DNA of 64,000 bases from Emiliania huxleyi CCMP1516 (taxonomy: Eukaryota). Every line of letters begins with the position of its first letter. Positions within the stretch are counted from its first letter, which is position 1. Under the pieces are notes generated by a model. That model was not told where the DNA came from, ran no database searches, and saw nothing but the letters and a program-made list of their open reading frames with translations. The stretch is taken from NCBI RefSeq assembly GCF_000372725.1, contig NW_005202428.1, forward strand, positions 1,721,331 through 1,785,330, in the 5' to 3' direction. Of this stretch, positions 34,858-46,141 are shown one piece after another. A program made the position numbers and the translations under genes.

Positions 34858-36128
34858 ACTAGCTCCGAGTAGAGGGGGCGTCCTTGCAGTTAAGGGGAAA
34901 CCTGGTACGCGGGGCTAACCCTCGGAGAGTATTCTTTAGCTCCGAGTAGAGGGGGCGTTCCGCAGCTAGGGGGACCCACAGCGCGAGGGAAAAATTCCGC
35001 CGCTGGGGGAACCCCGGAGCGCAGAACCAACCCTCGGAGACCCGTGTTATGGCCCTGCGAACGCGCACCCCCCCCCACGGTCGAGGAAGAGGGTGCGTTC
35101 TGCAGTTAAGGGGTAACCCGGTACACGGAACCATCCCTCGGAGACGTGTTATGGCCCTGTCCACTAGCTCCGAGTAGAGGGGGCGTCCTGCAGTTAAGGG
35201 GAAACCCGGTACGCGGGTCCAACCCTCGGAGAACTGTGTTTACTTTAAGGCCCTTGCCCTGCGAACGCGCACCCCCGGGGCTAGGGCTCTCTAGCCCGTA
35301 ACCCGATACCGATCATCCGGCCCGCTGGATGCGCTTCTCAGCTCACCGGCCCTGGATGTGAGGTTGCCGACTGCACTCCAAGTGCTCCAAGGTGGAGCTA
35401 ACCCTCGGAGACCCGTGTTTGCTTTAAGGCCCTTGCCCTGCGAACGCGCACCCCCGGGGCTAGGGCTCTCTTGCCCGCAACCCGATCCCAATCATCCGGC
35501 CCGCTGGGTGCGCTTCTGAGCTCCCCGGCCCTGGATGTGCGGCTACTGACTGCACTCCAAGTGCTCCAAGGTGTGGGAGCAGCAGCTTCTGACCACGGCG
35601 CCGCAGGCGCCTGTTGATAGGTCCAGGTGATAGCCCTGGATGGGCAATACATACGCCTCACTGGGCCTTAGATCGCCCGACCGCGTCCCGGTGCTCTGTG
35701 GTCGGATTTCGGTGACGCCGCCGCACCGCGGCGACCGCGCCGCGGCCGGGGACCCTCCGGAGGCCGAGGGGATGGCCGTGACGGACCGGGACGAGCTCTG
35801 GGAGGTTCAGTGTCAGTGTATATATTGTAGAGACTAACCATGTTCACAATATCTCTCAGTCTAGCTAAGCCTGGGAAGGCGATGCCGGGGCCGTACAGCA
35901 GCTTGATGTGGTGCTTCTTGAAGTTCAAGCCTCTCTGTAGACAAAAAGAGTTTTTGAGAATTCGCTCCCATCGAAAGAGGCAGACGACCAAGGGTTAGGG
36001 TGGGCGACGGCTAGCACCACACTCCTGTCCTTAAAATCCCACTTGCTGGAGCACTTGGAGTGCAGTCAGCAACCGCACATCCAGGGCCGGGGAGCTAAGA
36101 AGCGCACCCAGCGGGCCGGATGATTGGC
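34858..36128. repeat. Structured repeat array: four ~75 bp units, a ~180 bp tandem duplication and a distal ~80 bp inverted copy
   Basis: Units CTCCGAGTAGAGGGGGCGT...CCCTCGGAG at ~34860, 34937, 35085 (degenerate) and 35163. 35221-35400 resembles 35400-35572. 36047-36128 is the inverse of ~35487-35568. Confidence 0.8.
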
Positions 36129-36736
36129 ATCTGGTTTCTTTCTTTATCGGCAACAACGTTAATTTTCTGGCTTCTTCTTTTGCCGCTCCGATTTTACCTA
36201 AGTTGAGGGACGTCAGGCGAGGGTGAGCGACGGCTGCCCTGCCATCCTGCCTGGAGAGCTCATGATGGAAGTCGGGCTCGCGTGCGCGGCTGGCATGATA
36301 TCAGGGTGGTGGACAGGCAAAGGCGTCGACTTCCTCGGAAGGAGGCTGCTGAAGAGCATGTTGCTGGTCGACCGACAGGTCAACGGTCTCGACGAGGTCA
36401 ATGAGCAGGGCGATGTGATCATCACCGCCTAAATCTGTCTCCCTCGAATACCCCCTTGCTAGCTGCTCGTTCATCCTGCAGCACTCAGGAATTTGCGCGC
36501 GTCGGCGCGCTCTGGGCGTGGGGAGTTCTCCCCGCACTCCGCACTGTGTGCGTAAAATGCGACCTGCACCTGTGGCACCTGCGTGCCAGAAGGGGCGTCT
36601 TGGCACTTGGGTCACAACTGCACGATAAACGGCGATGAACACCATGGAAGAAAATGATGTACACGACACACACGTGACAGCCTCGCGCCAAGCTCGAGAG
36701 AGACGCACGGCAACCTCAGTCGCCCCCGTGAGATTC

Positions 36737-36827
36737 GAACATCCCGAAGACCCCACCCACAGGACAAAACTCACAAACGAACATTCCGAAGACCCCACCC
36801 ACAGGACACAACTCACAGACGAACATT
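36737..36827 (+). repeat. 42 bp tandem repeat (~2.2 copies)
   Basis: GAACATYCCGAAGACCCCACCCACAGGACAMAACTCACARAC is repeated. Confidence 0.85.
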
Positions 36828-36920
36828 GGACATCAGTCATCCCGCACACCAAAATGTGACAACCGCGCGCGGCGACGGATTCGGGCAACGCCGGAGAAAG
36901 CGGAGCCCTCCGGTGGCCTC

Positions 36921-38716
36921 TCAGATGTTCATAAACACGCGCTGCGGCAAGTAGTCGGCGCTGCCCGGCAGCTCGCCGAGCAGCGCCTCCGTGTCGAGCA
37001 GGAGCTCGCTGCGCCCGCAGATGACCACTGCCGTGTTGCTCAGCGCCGCGCCGGCCTCGGAGAGGCTGCCGGCGAGGAAGGAGAGGTGGAGCGCGTGCTG
37101 TGCGTACATCTTGCCTCCGCCCGCGTGCTGCGCGCGCAGCTTCTGGCCGGCGGCGATGGCGGCGGTAATCTCTGGCTCGGGCGCCTCGCGGGCGGCGGGG
37201 TCGCCAGACGAGACGAGCAGCGTGAGGCCGACCTGGCCGGCGGCTACCCAGCGGACGAGCAGCTCGCGGTACGGCAAGTGGCGCACGTCGCGCAGACCGT
37301 AGAAGAGGTGCAGCGCCTTGCCGCCCTCGCGGCTCAGCGTCGCGAGCGCAGTGCGCACCCCCGAGAGGCCGGCGCCCGACGCCACCATCGCGACATGGGC
37401 GACAGCCGCATCGCCCTCGAGTGCGTCGAGCAGGAATCGGTAATGCTTGTTGAAGAAGCCCGCCTGTGGCAGGGAAGAGCGCGTGGCGCGTCTGGCTTTG
37501 AGGCGGCGGCGGCAGTGGCGACGGCGCAGTGGCGCGCCACGCTCGGGTTGATGTAGAGTGGCGTGCCGGCGACTGGGCCGACTGGCAGCGCGCGGACGCG
37601 GAATGCGACCTCGGTGACGGTGGGGTGGTAGTGCGTCTCGGGCGGGCCCGTCAGCACCTCGAGCTCGCCGACCTGCTCACAGGCAGCACTCTCATGCGGA
37701 GACGCTCTTCACAGCAGCAGCGCAGCCACCTCGAGGTCGCTGACCACGCCGCTCTCCCGGTCGTTGGCCAGCGCGTACGGCTGCTCGAGGGGGCGGTCGC
37801 CCCAGGCGGTCGGCGAGGGCGCCTGTGGGAAGGACGACGCGTGAGCGAGCGAGGGGTCACCACGTCGCCCCAGGCGGGCCGGGGAGCGCGCCTGCACGCG
37901 CACGACGCCGCCAGGCCGGTGCTCCGCCATCACCCTCTGCCAGTCGGCCTCCGACACGCCAAAGACGGTCGTCTCGAAGTCGCCGAGCCGCTCCTGCTCA
38001 CACCAGCGACCGTGAAGAGACGCCCTTCACAGCTCCGCGACCCGCTCCGAGTCGGGCCGCTCCTTGCGCAGCACGCGCTCCACCGCAACCCAGTCGTCAG
38101 AGCAGTCCGAGCCAAACCAGTTGCAGGGGCACTCGAGCACGGCGAGGCCGAGCTCGGTCGCCTTGAAGGTGCCGTTGTACCGGTTCTGCACCGCCGGGTC
38201 GCACGTGCCCGGCGCGCACAGGAAGCCGAGCCCGGTCGGTGCCGGGTAGCGGCTCGGCTTGATCTCGTTGAGGAGGCAGGGATCCGAGCAAACCTCGCCG
38301 CCGCGCGGGAAGGCGCTCGTCCGGATGAACTGCTCGCACGTAAGCGGCCTCGCCGCCGGCGTCGCCGCCTCCAGGATGGAGACGGTCCACAGCGCGCATG
38401 TAGTCGTGCACCAATACTCGCCCTTGCAAGGCATCACCGTTGTGTCGATGGCGCACGGCGCGTTTGCCTCTGCGCCGGCGCACCACTCGCCGCACGTCGA
38501 CACCTTGTCCGTGCCCGCGCCGCGACCGGTCTCGACCGAGGCGTATGATCCCGAGCCGTCATCAAAGCCGCACTTGCCTTGGTCGTCGCCAGCGCCGCAC
38601 GTTTCCGCGCTGCTCTCCGCAGCTTTTGCGTTGCCCGCCGCGTCGACAGAGACCGTCTCTGCTGACGCGCATGCGAGCGCGGTGAGGAGGAGCAGTCCAG
38701 CGGTGGCGTGTGGCAT
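36921..38716 (-). CDS. Signal peptide + Cys-rich region + ferredoxin-NADP reductase-like FAD/NAD(P)-binding oxidoreductase (spliced)
   Basis: PGGVVRVQ, EQPYALAN, MVASGAGLSGVRTAL, LHLFYGLR, VICGRSEL, C-terminal RVFMNI. N-terminus MPHATAGLLLLTALACASA. Confidence 0.65.
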
Positions 38717-39328
38717 GTGGAGAATTGACCGGCGGGCGACCGGTGGGGTACAGGGGTCGGTGTGTGTCTTGGGACAGCGCGACGGAAGAATTCGAGGGGA
38801 TCACGCCTGCTGCGGACAGCTTTTCGGAAGCCGTCTGCCCCCCCAGCAGGCACACACTAGGACAGATAGGAGGAGAAGGGGGATGGTGGTGGGTGAGAGG
38901 AAGGTACCACTGGCCACGCGCACAAGCTGGCGTCAGCTTTTTGCGTCTGAGAGAGTGTATGTTAGCTCTTTATTATATCCATACCAAACAACTCTATACG
39001 ATGCTCGATGGTCAAGACGATTCGTTTGCGTCGGTTTTGACAAACCGACGAACGGCGCCGCGCTCCGCTTTCTTTGCGCCGCGGGGCACCAGTAGCTTCC
39101 TGTCTGTCGATGTCTGTGTTATTACGCCATGACCCATGTGCCGCTCTCGCTCACCCGCCCTGCGTGACTCGGACGTGCAGTCGAAGGGCACCCCCACCGT
39201 TCTGGGGCGCACTGGTGTTCGCGCCAGCGTTCGAGCGATCTCGGATCTCGACCCCCCCCGGCCCCCGCCCCCACGCCCCAGTGCCCACTGCACACCCATC
39301 GTGGTTTGGCGCCGACGGACCGCCCTCT

Positions 39329-39462
39329 CCACCACCCTCGCCCAGGGATCTACAACGCTGTCTTAAGGTCCGACCTGTGGGCTCCGGCCTGCGCTCGGCA
39401 CCGGGCACCGCCTCGGTATACAAAATGCGCCTGCGGGCGGACCCTTACAGATCACAGATCAC
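39329..39462 (+). repeat. Dispersed repeat family B, copy 1
   Basis: Matches 45063-45180 (CCACCACCCTCGCCCAGGGATCTACAA...ACAGATCACAGATCAC). Confidence 0.85.
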
Positions 39463-39770
39463 TGCCACACCCATCCAACCCTTGCCTTGACCCTCTTGTT
39501 GTTGTTCTTTTGAGGCTGTCGCTCCGAGAAAGCTTGTCTCGCAGCTGCGAGAAGTGATAATTCGGGCCGGAAAACGGTGCGTGTGACTGGAGACGTGCCG
39601 GCACACATCCACACAGAGACGACGTGGGAAGAGGGAAGCACTACGCACTACTGGAAAAATGCTGGTCATGGAGGCGCTTGGGGCTACCCGGAGTGTCAGC
39701 CGAGAGAGGAGAGGAGAGGTGGAGAGAAGTAGGATAGTGAGGGAGAGGAGCGGGGTGAGAGTGGTCACGT

Positions 39771-40304
39771 TCAGGGGAGGAAGTCCTCGGCGCCAGCCTC
39801 CGCCTTCTTGCAGATCACAACCGGCATGCCGTACTGCTCGCTGAACTCATCCGACAGCTCACACTCATCGCCGATGGCGTCGTCATGCCGGACGCACACG
39901 TACTGACGCACATTGTCAACCGTGCCGATGTAATGGCATGCTCCTTGATCCAGCTCGGATGCAAGTGGCTGCCGTGCCGCGGTGAGAGGAGTGAGCGGCC
40001 GCGCCGCCGCCGCTGCCTCGCGTCGCCTCTTTTGCGTGTCAATCATGCGGTCCTCCTCGCTGTGGTACGGGAGGACGCCGTCGCGCTGCAGCTTCGGAAG
40101 CACCTTCTCGTCCCACCAGGTCAGCATGCACATTCCGGCGGCGTAGCAGGCGATCCCTGTCATCGCTGGGTTCCAGTGCAGGCTGGCTTGGGCCGCGCCA
40201 GTGAAAACGGGGTCGGAGAATGGATCGGAAGAGAGCAGCGTCGTGGCCGCGTGCGGCGCGAGGGGGATCAGCAGCGAGGCGGGCGAGAGCAGGAGGGGAA
40301 GCAT
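39771..40304 (-). CDS. Hypothetical protein (hydrophobic N-terminus, one TM segment, C-terminal Cys motif)
   Basis: Clean ORF from ATG 40304; GACHYIG...QYVCV...ECELSDEFSEQYGMPVVIC. Confidence 0.55.
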   Translation of the reverse strand: MLPLLLSPASLLIPLAPHAATTLLSSDPFSDPVFTGAAQASLHWNPAMTGIACYAAGMCMLTWWDEKVLPKLQRDGVLPYHSEEDRMIDTQKRRREAAAAARPLTPLTAARQPLASELDQGACHYIGTVDNVRQYVCVRHDDAIGDECELSDEFSEQYGMPVVICKKAEAGAEDFLP

Positions 40305-40529
40305 CCGGTCAGCTGCCTGGGGAGTGGCCGGGTCGGTAGGAGTTCGGGGATTCGGCTGGTCGCTTGATGACGAGCTGTTCTCGCGCGATCTCCCTGCGCA
40401 GCCGCGCTTTCTTTCCCTTAATCTATAAAATGAAATCGGGGGCACCTTCTTTCCGTTCTCCTTCTCTTGCCTTCGCGGAAGCCGCCGCTTCTAAGCAAAA
40501 CAACGCACTCTCTCTCGCACATCAACCCG

Positions 40530-42119
40530 ATGCCGTGCGCACTTCTTATCTTCGCCACCGCCACGTCGTTTACCCGCTCCTCGCCAGCTTCGAGTCACAT
40601 TAGCCTGCAGCCTCACCGCCGCGGCAGCGTCTGTCCCGGGCTCGGCGCTGCGCGACTTCCTCGAGGCGCCTGCAGCATGACAGACGTTGAGGCCAAACCC
40701 AGCATGACTGACGCAGCCGCCGCGAGATCGTTATTGCTGCTGCTCGCCAACCGGTGCGCTGCTGAAGAGGCCAAGGAGGCCGCGCTTCGGGACTTCATGT
40801 CGGTCCCTCCGGAGCAGCGCGACCGCGTGCTGGACGAGGCCGTGTCACTCATCGCATCGTCCTCCGACTCGCTCCTCGCCTCTCGACGCTGGCCGCTCCC
40901 TCTGCCCTCTCGCCGCGCAGCGCTTGGCTCGTACGCGCGCCTGCTCGACTCGATGATGCGGGAGGAGCCCGGAGGCGGCGCGCGCTTCACCGACGGCGGC
41001 GACAGTGCCAAGCGCCGCCGCTTCGTCGGCGTGCTGCTGCGTCAGCTTCGGCGCGGCAAGGGCGGCGTGTGGGCTCTCGAGCGCGAGGCGGCGAGGCGGC
41101 GGCGGCAGGTCAAAACACCTCCCCACCACCGCATTCCCTGCCACGCCCCATTCTCCCTTCCCCTGTCGCCAGATTGGTGTCGCGTTCTCGCGCCACCCCC
41201 ACCCCACCCCCAATCCAGGAGACGTCGATGGCGGAAATGCTGCGACGCACGCCCGACGAGCTGGAGACTCCAGCGTACGCCGTCGTCGCCGCCGACCGGC
41301 CGGGCGGGTGGGAGGTGCGCGGGTGGCCTCTCTGCTTGCTGCCACAACGCGATGCCACACAACGCCTCGCGGCACAGTCAGCAGCGTGCGCGCACTGACG
41401 GCCACGACTGCTTTGTTGAATGCCGCCGGTGACTGACCGCCCACCACCGCAACTGACCCAGGTGCGCGAGTACAGCGAGTTCTCCGTTGCGTCGACGCGG
41501 CGCGACCGCGCCGTCGCCGCCTCCGGCGTGCCGATCCAGCAGCCGTCCCTGCCGGCGGCCGGCGGCTTCCAGGCGCTGGCGGGCTACGTCTTGGGCGGCC
41601 GCAACGCGGAGGAGGAGAAGATGGCTCCCCGCCCTAGATGCAGCCACCCTCCTGCCCCCCGCGGTACTCTCTCGTGGAACAGTCGATGTGGCTTTTCCCG
41701 CGCTCCAATCCTTGCGATGCCTCTCCCTGCAGGCCATGACGACGCCGGTGCTCAGCTCGGCGGCGACGGGCCAGATGAGCTTTGTCCTGCCGTCAAAGTA
41801 CTGGGGCGAGGGCGCGGAACCGCCCGCGCCGCTGCCCGAGTCGGGCGTGCAGCTTGGCCGCAATGGCGGCGGCGCGCTCGAGCAGAGCTCGGCTCTGGCT
41901 TGCCTCTGGTTTGGAGGCTTTGCGGGCGGGGACGAGGTCGCGAGGCGCAAGGAGCAGCTGCTGGAGGCGGTCAGGGGCGACGGTGAGTGGGATGCGGCGT
42001 GCGGCGATGACGAGGATGCACAGGCAGCGTCGATATTGCTGATGCAGTACAATGATCCGTTCACGCCGCCGTGGCAGAGGCGCAACGAGGTTGCCCTTCC
42101 GGTGCGGCGGCTGGCGTGA
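40530..42119 (+). CDS. SOUL/heme-binding protein, probably plastid-targeted (spliced)
   Basis: LETPAYAVV, EVREY, GFQALAGYVLGG.N...KM|AMTTPV, MSFVLPSKY, QYNDPFTPPWQRRNEV. Signal peptide ends in ATSF. Confidence 0.88.
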
Positions 42120-42711
42120 GCCCATGCACCGCGTGCCCCAGCCCCTAAGCCCCAAGAGGCCTTCACAGTACCATCGACCGATTCTGCGCGTGAATTCATA
42201 CGTCATAGGCGCGAATAATGCATGTAGAAAGTGGAACCAGAATCCAGAAGAGGAAACCGCGGGGGCGCGTTCGAGTGGTTGCACTGAAGTTTGGAAAAGC
42301 ACGCGCCTCTTATAGTCTATATTATCGAATTATCACCGAGGGCACACAAAAAGGGTCTTGCGGCCGACGTCGACGGGGATGTGGCGATGCACTTCTGATG
42401 ATACAAGGTCTTCGCCCTCCAGCTCCGCGGCACCGAACGATAGAAATGCGCCTCCGCAACTCCACACTCCCACATGCTTCGATTCTGTCGGCCAGACCGG
42501 CGAACACGCCGGTGAGCGGGCGAGCGAGAGGCAAGGGAGGGGGCAGGGGAGCGGGCAGGGGAGGGGGCAGGAGCACGCTTCTTCGAGCTCGGGCCAATTC
42601 TTATGGAGAGAGAGTTCTTTTGTTTAAATTCTTATTGCACTTTTACTTTGCGCGCCTTTGTCTCGCCTCAGACTTGTGTGTGTGTGTGTGTGTGTTTGTG
42701 TGTGCTTCGCA

Positions 42712-44454
42712 ATGCCGCTCGCTAATCTCGCCGCTGCCCCCGCCATCGGGGTGGTCGTATACCCCGGCGAGAGCGTTGCGCAAAGACGGCGCTGCCCACC
42801 CACTACGAGCGTGCTCCTCCTCGCGGGCGGCCGAGCGCTGCACTCTTACCACAACAATGAACCAAAGCAGGTCCCCGTGCTGTCACGCGCCGACCCCACA
42901 GCCTCGTCGATTCAGTTCCGACCTCTTCATAGGTTGGCGGTGACGAATTCTACGCAAGCTTGCTGCAGGGTGGCGCCGAGGTGGCCTCCGCTCTGGCGAC
43001 GGATCTCGGCAATGGCAGCTACGCGTTGGAGTATGAGCGCGTGGAGATGCCGTCCGCTCCTGCTGGCAAGAGCGCCGCCGCCATCGTCCTGCGTGTCGTG
43101 CTGCAGTACACGTGCGGGCACGGGCACCTCGACCCTCCAGCTAAGGTCTCGCCGACGCTGTCTGGCCTACACTCTCTGGCCTGCACTCGCATATTTCATC
43201 ACTCTTGGTCTCAGCTACCATCCACGCATCACGTCGGTATCTGCTTGTACAACCCGGCTGTAGGAGGGGTGGCCCACCTCGGGCGCGCTCAACCTGCCGC
43301 TCCGCGTGCGCCGCGCAGCAGACGTGCTGCCGCTGCCCGACCTCGTGCCGCCGCCCGCGGCGCAGCCCTCGAATGGCGATGGCCTCATCGACCTGAGCCG
43401 CTTTGACGCCGTGGTGGCCATTGGCGACTCGACGATGCGGCAGTTTCGACCCACGAACGCCGATCGGATGCGGGTGCGGATCGAATTCCACCAGCTCTCC
43501 TTCCTACTCGACGCCTCGTCGGCAAGGCGGTGCGGAGAGCGCGCGAGGATGGCGAGGCGGGTGCTCGGAGGTGCGGCCAGCCCCGCAAGGCAGCTTGTGC
43601 TGTACGGCGGAGGCACGTGGGATGTCATGAGCGAGTACGGCGGAGGGAGCGAGACGACGCATTTGCCCTTGCCCGAGTACGAGGCCGCCTTCGCGACGTG
43701 CCTGCGAGGGGTGCGCGCGGCCTTCCCGAACGCGACGCTCGTGCTCAAGAGCCTGCAGGCGTTGCACCCGCACCGCGTCGACTGCCAGACCGCCACGTCG
43801 CAGCTCCTCGTCAACGCACAGAACGCTCGCAATCGCACGAGTACGTGCCACGTGCGGACCAAGTACATGAGCGCGTCGCGCACCAGCAGGCTCTTCCTCA
43901 GCCAGGAGAGGGTTGCGGCCTCGCTGGGCGTGCGCACGCTGGGCAGGCTCTACTCACTCACCTACCGGCATGCGCATCAGACAGTGCGGGGTGACGGCCG
44001 GCATTTTACGCCTCAATTTAACGACTTTCTGTGGGGGCGCACCTTTGCCAACGTCGAGCTCTGCAGCGAGCGCCATCGTCCCGCTCGGTTTCACGCCTCG
44101 CGAGCAGCCGGCGGCAGGAGGGGGCAAGGGGTGGGAGCTGGCGCGCGAGATGCGCCGGAAGGAGTAGGTTGCGCCGTCTCATTGGTGGAGAAGCACAGCA
44201 AGACCCGCTGCGAAGCCGGAGGCAACTTTGGCTGCCGCGTCCGGGACGACGGCGACAGGGAGGTGTGGGCGCGCAGCTGCCGCGGCATGTTCCGCTGCGA
44301 GGGGGAGGCGGACGATGTGGCGTGCGGCTACCCACCCGGTGCAGGCAGCTACACGTGCCGTTGCGGCCAGCCCAACTCGACCACGGCCAACAGCTGCGCG
44401 GACCCGCGTCGGTGGGCAGGAAAGCTGTCGTGGAACTTGGTGGTTTCGCGATAA
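42712..44454 (+). CDS. NXPE/PC-esterase-like SGNH hydrolase with an Ig/filamin-like N-terminal segment (spliced; start uncertain)
   Basis: ATDLGNGSYAL (filamin-like), VAIGDSTMRQ, GGGTWD, GDGRHF, Cys-rich C-terminus. Confidence 0.55.
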
Positions 44455-44760
44455 GATCCCCGGAAAGAAAGAAATCTGTCTTAGTATCATCGCCTCGAAA
44501 CTCAGAATTCTTTTTTGAGCCAGCACGTGCGCCAGTCCGCGCCTGTGTCGAGCCTGTCAGATGTTTTTGTTAAATTCTTTTTTGCCAGTCCCGTGCCCGG
44601 TGATGCGCCGGTGTAGAGCATCTCTCCAGCAGGTTCCAGAGATGGGGGGTCCCAGTGTAGACGGCCCAGGCATCTCCGCAGGAGAGATGGGCGACGCACG
44701 AACACAGAGGCACAGCGCGCACCGCCCCGCCCCGCTCACAGCCGTGCTCCGCATCACGCG

Positions 44761-44791
<31 letters not shown>

Positions 44792-45062
44792 TGTGTGTGC
44801 AACTTTTTTTGTGGTGTGTACCTGTCTACCCACGTCTAACGCTACTTACTTGTAACCACGATCGATGCGAGGACGCAAGTCCACACCAAACTCGGCCATT
44901 CCAACGGCCAGACCGCTCGCTTAAGGCTGATTGGCTATAGACGAGCGGTCTACCCCCAACGGGGCTGACTGGCACAACGAGGAGAGGTCATCCGGATGTG
45001 GCGGGACGCCGTCGGGCACCTGGTTGCTCTCCTCCGCCAGACAGCCCCTCCCGACGGGGACG

Positions 45063-45180
45063 CCACCACCCTCGCCCAGGGATCTACAATGCTGTCTTAA
45101 GGTCCGACAGGTTCGGCACCGGGCACCGCCTCGGTACACAAAATGCGCCTGCGGGCGGACCCTCACAGATCACAGATCAC
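45063..45180 (+). repeat. Dispersed repeat family B, copy 2
   Basis: Matches 39329-39462 with one internal indel. Confidence 0.85.
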
Positions 45181-45505
45181 CCACGCCGTGCGCCCAAAAT
45201 CTTGTATGTTAATGTCTGCCATTGCGCATTCAAGTCGTCGGCCCCCCGCCCGTCCCCGCTGACCACCCGACGCCTACAAGCCGGCGACCGGTGCGACGAA
45301 TGATGCCGGCCCGCCCGAGGACCACACGCTCGCGCTCGACCACCGGCGACCAGGCGCATGGTGCCGCGCCAAACCTCGGCTCTCGTCTGCGAGCGCGCTG
45401 CCCTAGGGGGGTTCCCGGCCCGTTCGCACACCGCGCGCGCCACGCCGGCGCTCACGTGTCCACTGATATAGTACGGCGGGGATAAAGGTGGATACCAATT
45501 GATGG

Positions 45506-46004
45506 GACCCCCCCCAATGAACACACCAGTGAGGGAGGGCGAGACGATCGAGGGGTCCCGTACCATGCGGAATCGACCCTATCCAGTGCTCAAGTGCTCA
45601 ATTGATGGGGGAGAAGAATGGACAACTAATCAGATGGAAGCAGGAAGCTTCCATCCCGGCGGTGGGTCGAATCCACATGAGCCGATGGGTGATGGGCTGG
45701 AGGGCTGGGGTTCTGAGGCTCACACCCATTTGAGGAAGTGAGGTACTGCTCCGCCCACCCGGATCCTGCTGAACAAGCTCCCCTTGTAGCTCGATCGGTC
45801 ACGCCGCCATCACCGCCGACGCCTCCCAGAGAGGTGATGGAGAGGGGGGACGACACTGCTTCAGCAGCGTGCACCTCGATCCTGTACCGTGTTTGTTATA
45901 TGACCCCCCCCCAATGAACACACCAGTGAGGGAGGGCGAGACGATCATCGAGGGGTCCCGTACCATGCGGAATCGACCCTATCCAGTGCTCAAGTGCTCA
46001 AGTG
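45506..46004 (+). mobile_element. SINE-like family C: ~95 bp 5'-truncated copy (45506-45600) followed by a ~380 bp copy (~45627-46004)
   Basis: B-box-like GGTCGAATCC near the head and an (AGTGCTCA)n tail. The short copy is flanked by CAATTGATGGG on both sides. An inverted copy lies at 62702-63080. Confidence 0.6.
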
Positions 46005-46141
46005 GGTAGGATTCCTATCAATGAAATGCGCAATGGAATTATTAAATTCGAAGCCCCAACGGCGAGGTACCTCCGGACGCCAGTGCGGGCCCCAGCGTGC
46101 GGGCCAGCGTATTGCGAGGAGTTGCCAGTCCCGAGAGGAAG

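Noticed and set aside
34858..35572. Possible CRISPR array
   Set aside because: Units are long and degenerate with no unique spacers, there are no cas genes, and the context is eukaryotic.
36223..36432. Possible integrase/transposase remnant
   Set aside because: Too short, and no catalytic motif could be identified.
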